From: Zootoca vivipara
Taxonomy: Eukaryota
DNA length: 64,000 nucleotides
Direction of reading: 5' to 3'
NCBI RefSeq assembly: GCF_963506605.1
Contig: NC_083278.1
Coordinates: 20,708,001 to 20,772,000 of the forward strand
Shown here: positions 63,816-64,000 of the stretch, piece after piece
How the letters are laid out: every line of letters begins with the position of its first letter
Numbering within the stretch: the first letter of the stretch is position 1
Position numbers and translations under genes: made by a program
The notes under the pieces: model-generated
What the model saw: only the letters and a program-made list of their open reading frames with translations
What the model was told of the DNA's origin: nothing
Database searches by the model: none

Positions 63816-64000
63816 CAAGCAAACTGAAATAAACAGCAGATGGACAATATTTTTAAGGAAATGGCTTTGAGTAAAATATTAAAATTTGCTCTGCTGTGGA
63901 CAAAGCCACAACCTTATCTGTCAAGGGAGCTCTATAGCTAAAGATTTATTATATAAGGGTGAGAATGTAATCAACTAGAAGGGCTGTGTGCAATTAACTA

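Overview
Non-coding vertebrate genomic DNA, probably a large intron or intergenic region of a squamate reptile. Sauria SINEs, Squam-type SINEs, BovB and this set of hAT MITEs point to a lacertid lizard; this is an inference. I cannot support any host protein-coding exon. The window is AT-rich and carries many transposon insertions: Sauria and other tRNA-derived SINEs, 5'-truncated BovB, other RTE, L1, L2, CR1 and Penelope fragments, hAT and Tc1/mariner non-autonomous elements, LTR remnants and microsatellites. Many have readable target-site duplications (TSDs) and two are nested. The most interesting feature is a very young 1,425-bp miniature LTR retrotransposon at 61056-62480 (minus strand) with apparently identical 428-bp LTRs, a 5-bp TSD and a PPT, but no gag/pol and no visible PBS. 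Its only coding remnant is an integrase C-terminal chromodomain followed by an acidic tail with two tandem 'DWxxVFTPT-S/acidic-FLGF' repeats. These repeats are conserved at the protein level but saturated at synonymous sites, and they resemble the FxGF motif that binds LEDGF/p75 IBD and other TFIIS N-terminal domains. This may be an integration-targeting module that mimics host proteins. Family names are from recognition of motifs, not from database searches.
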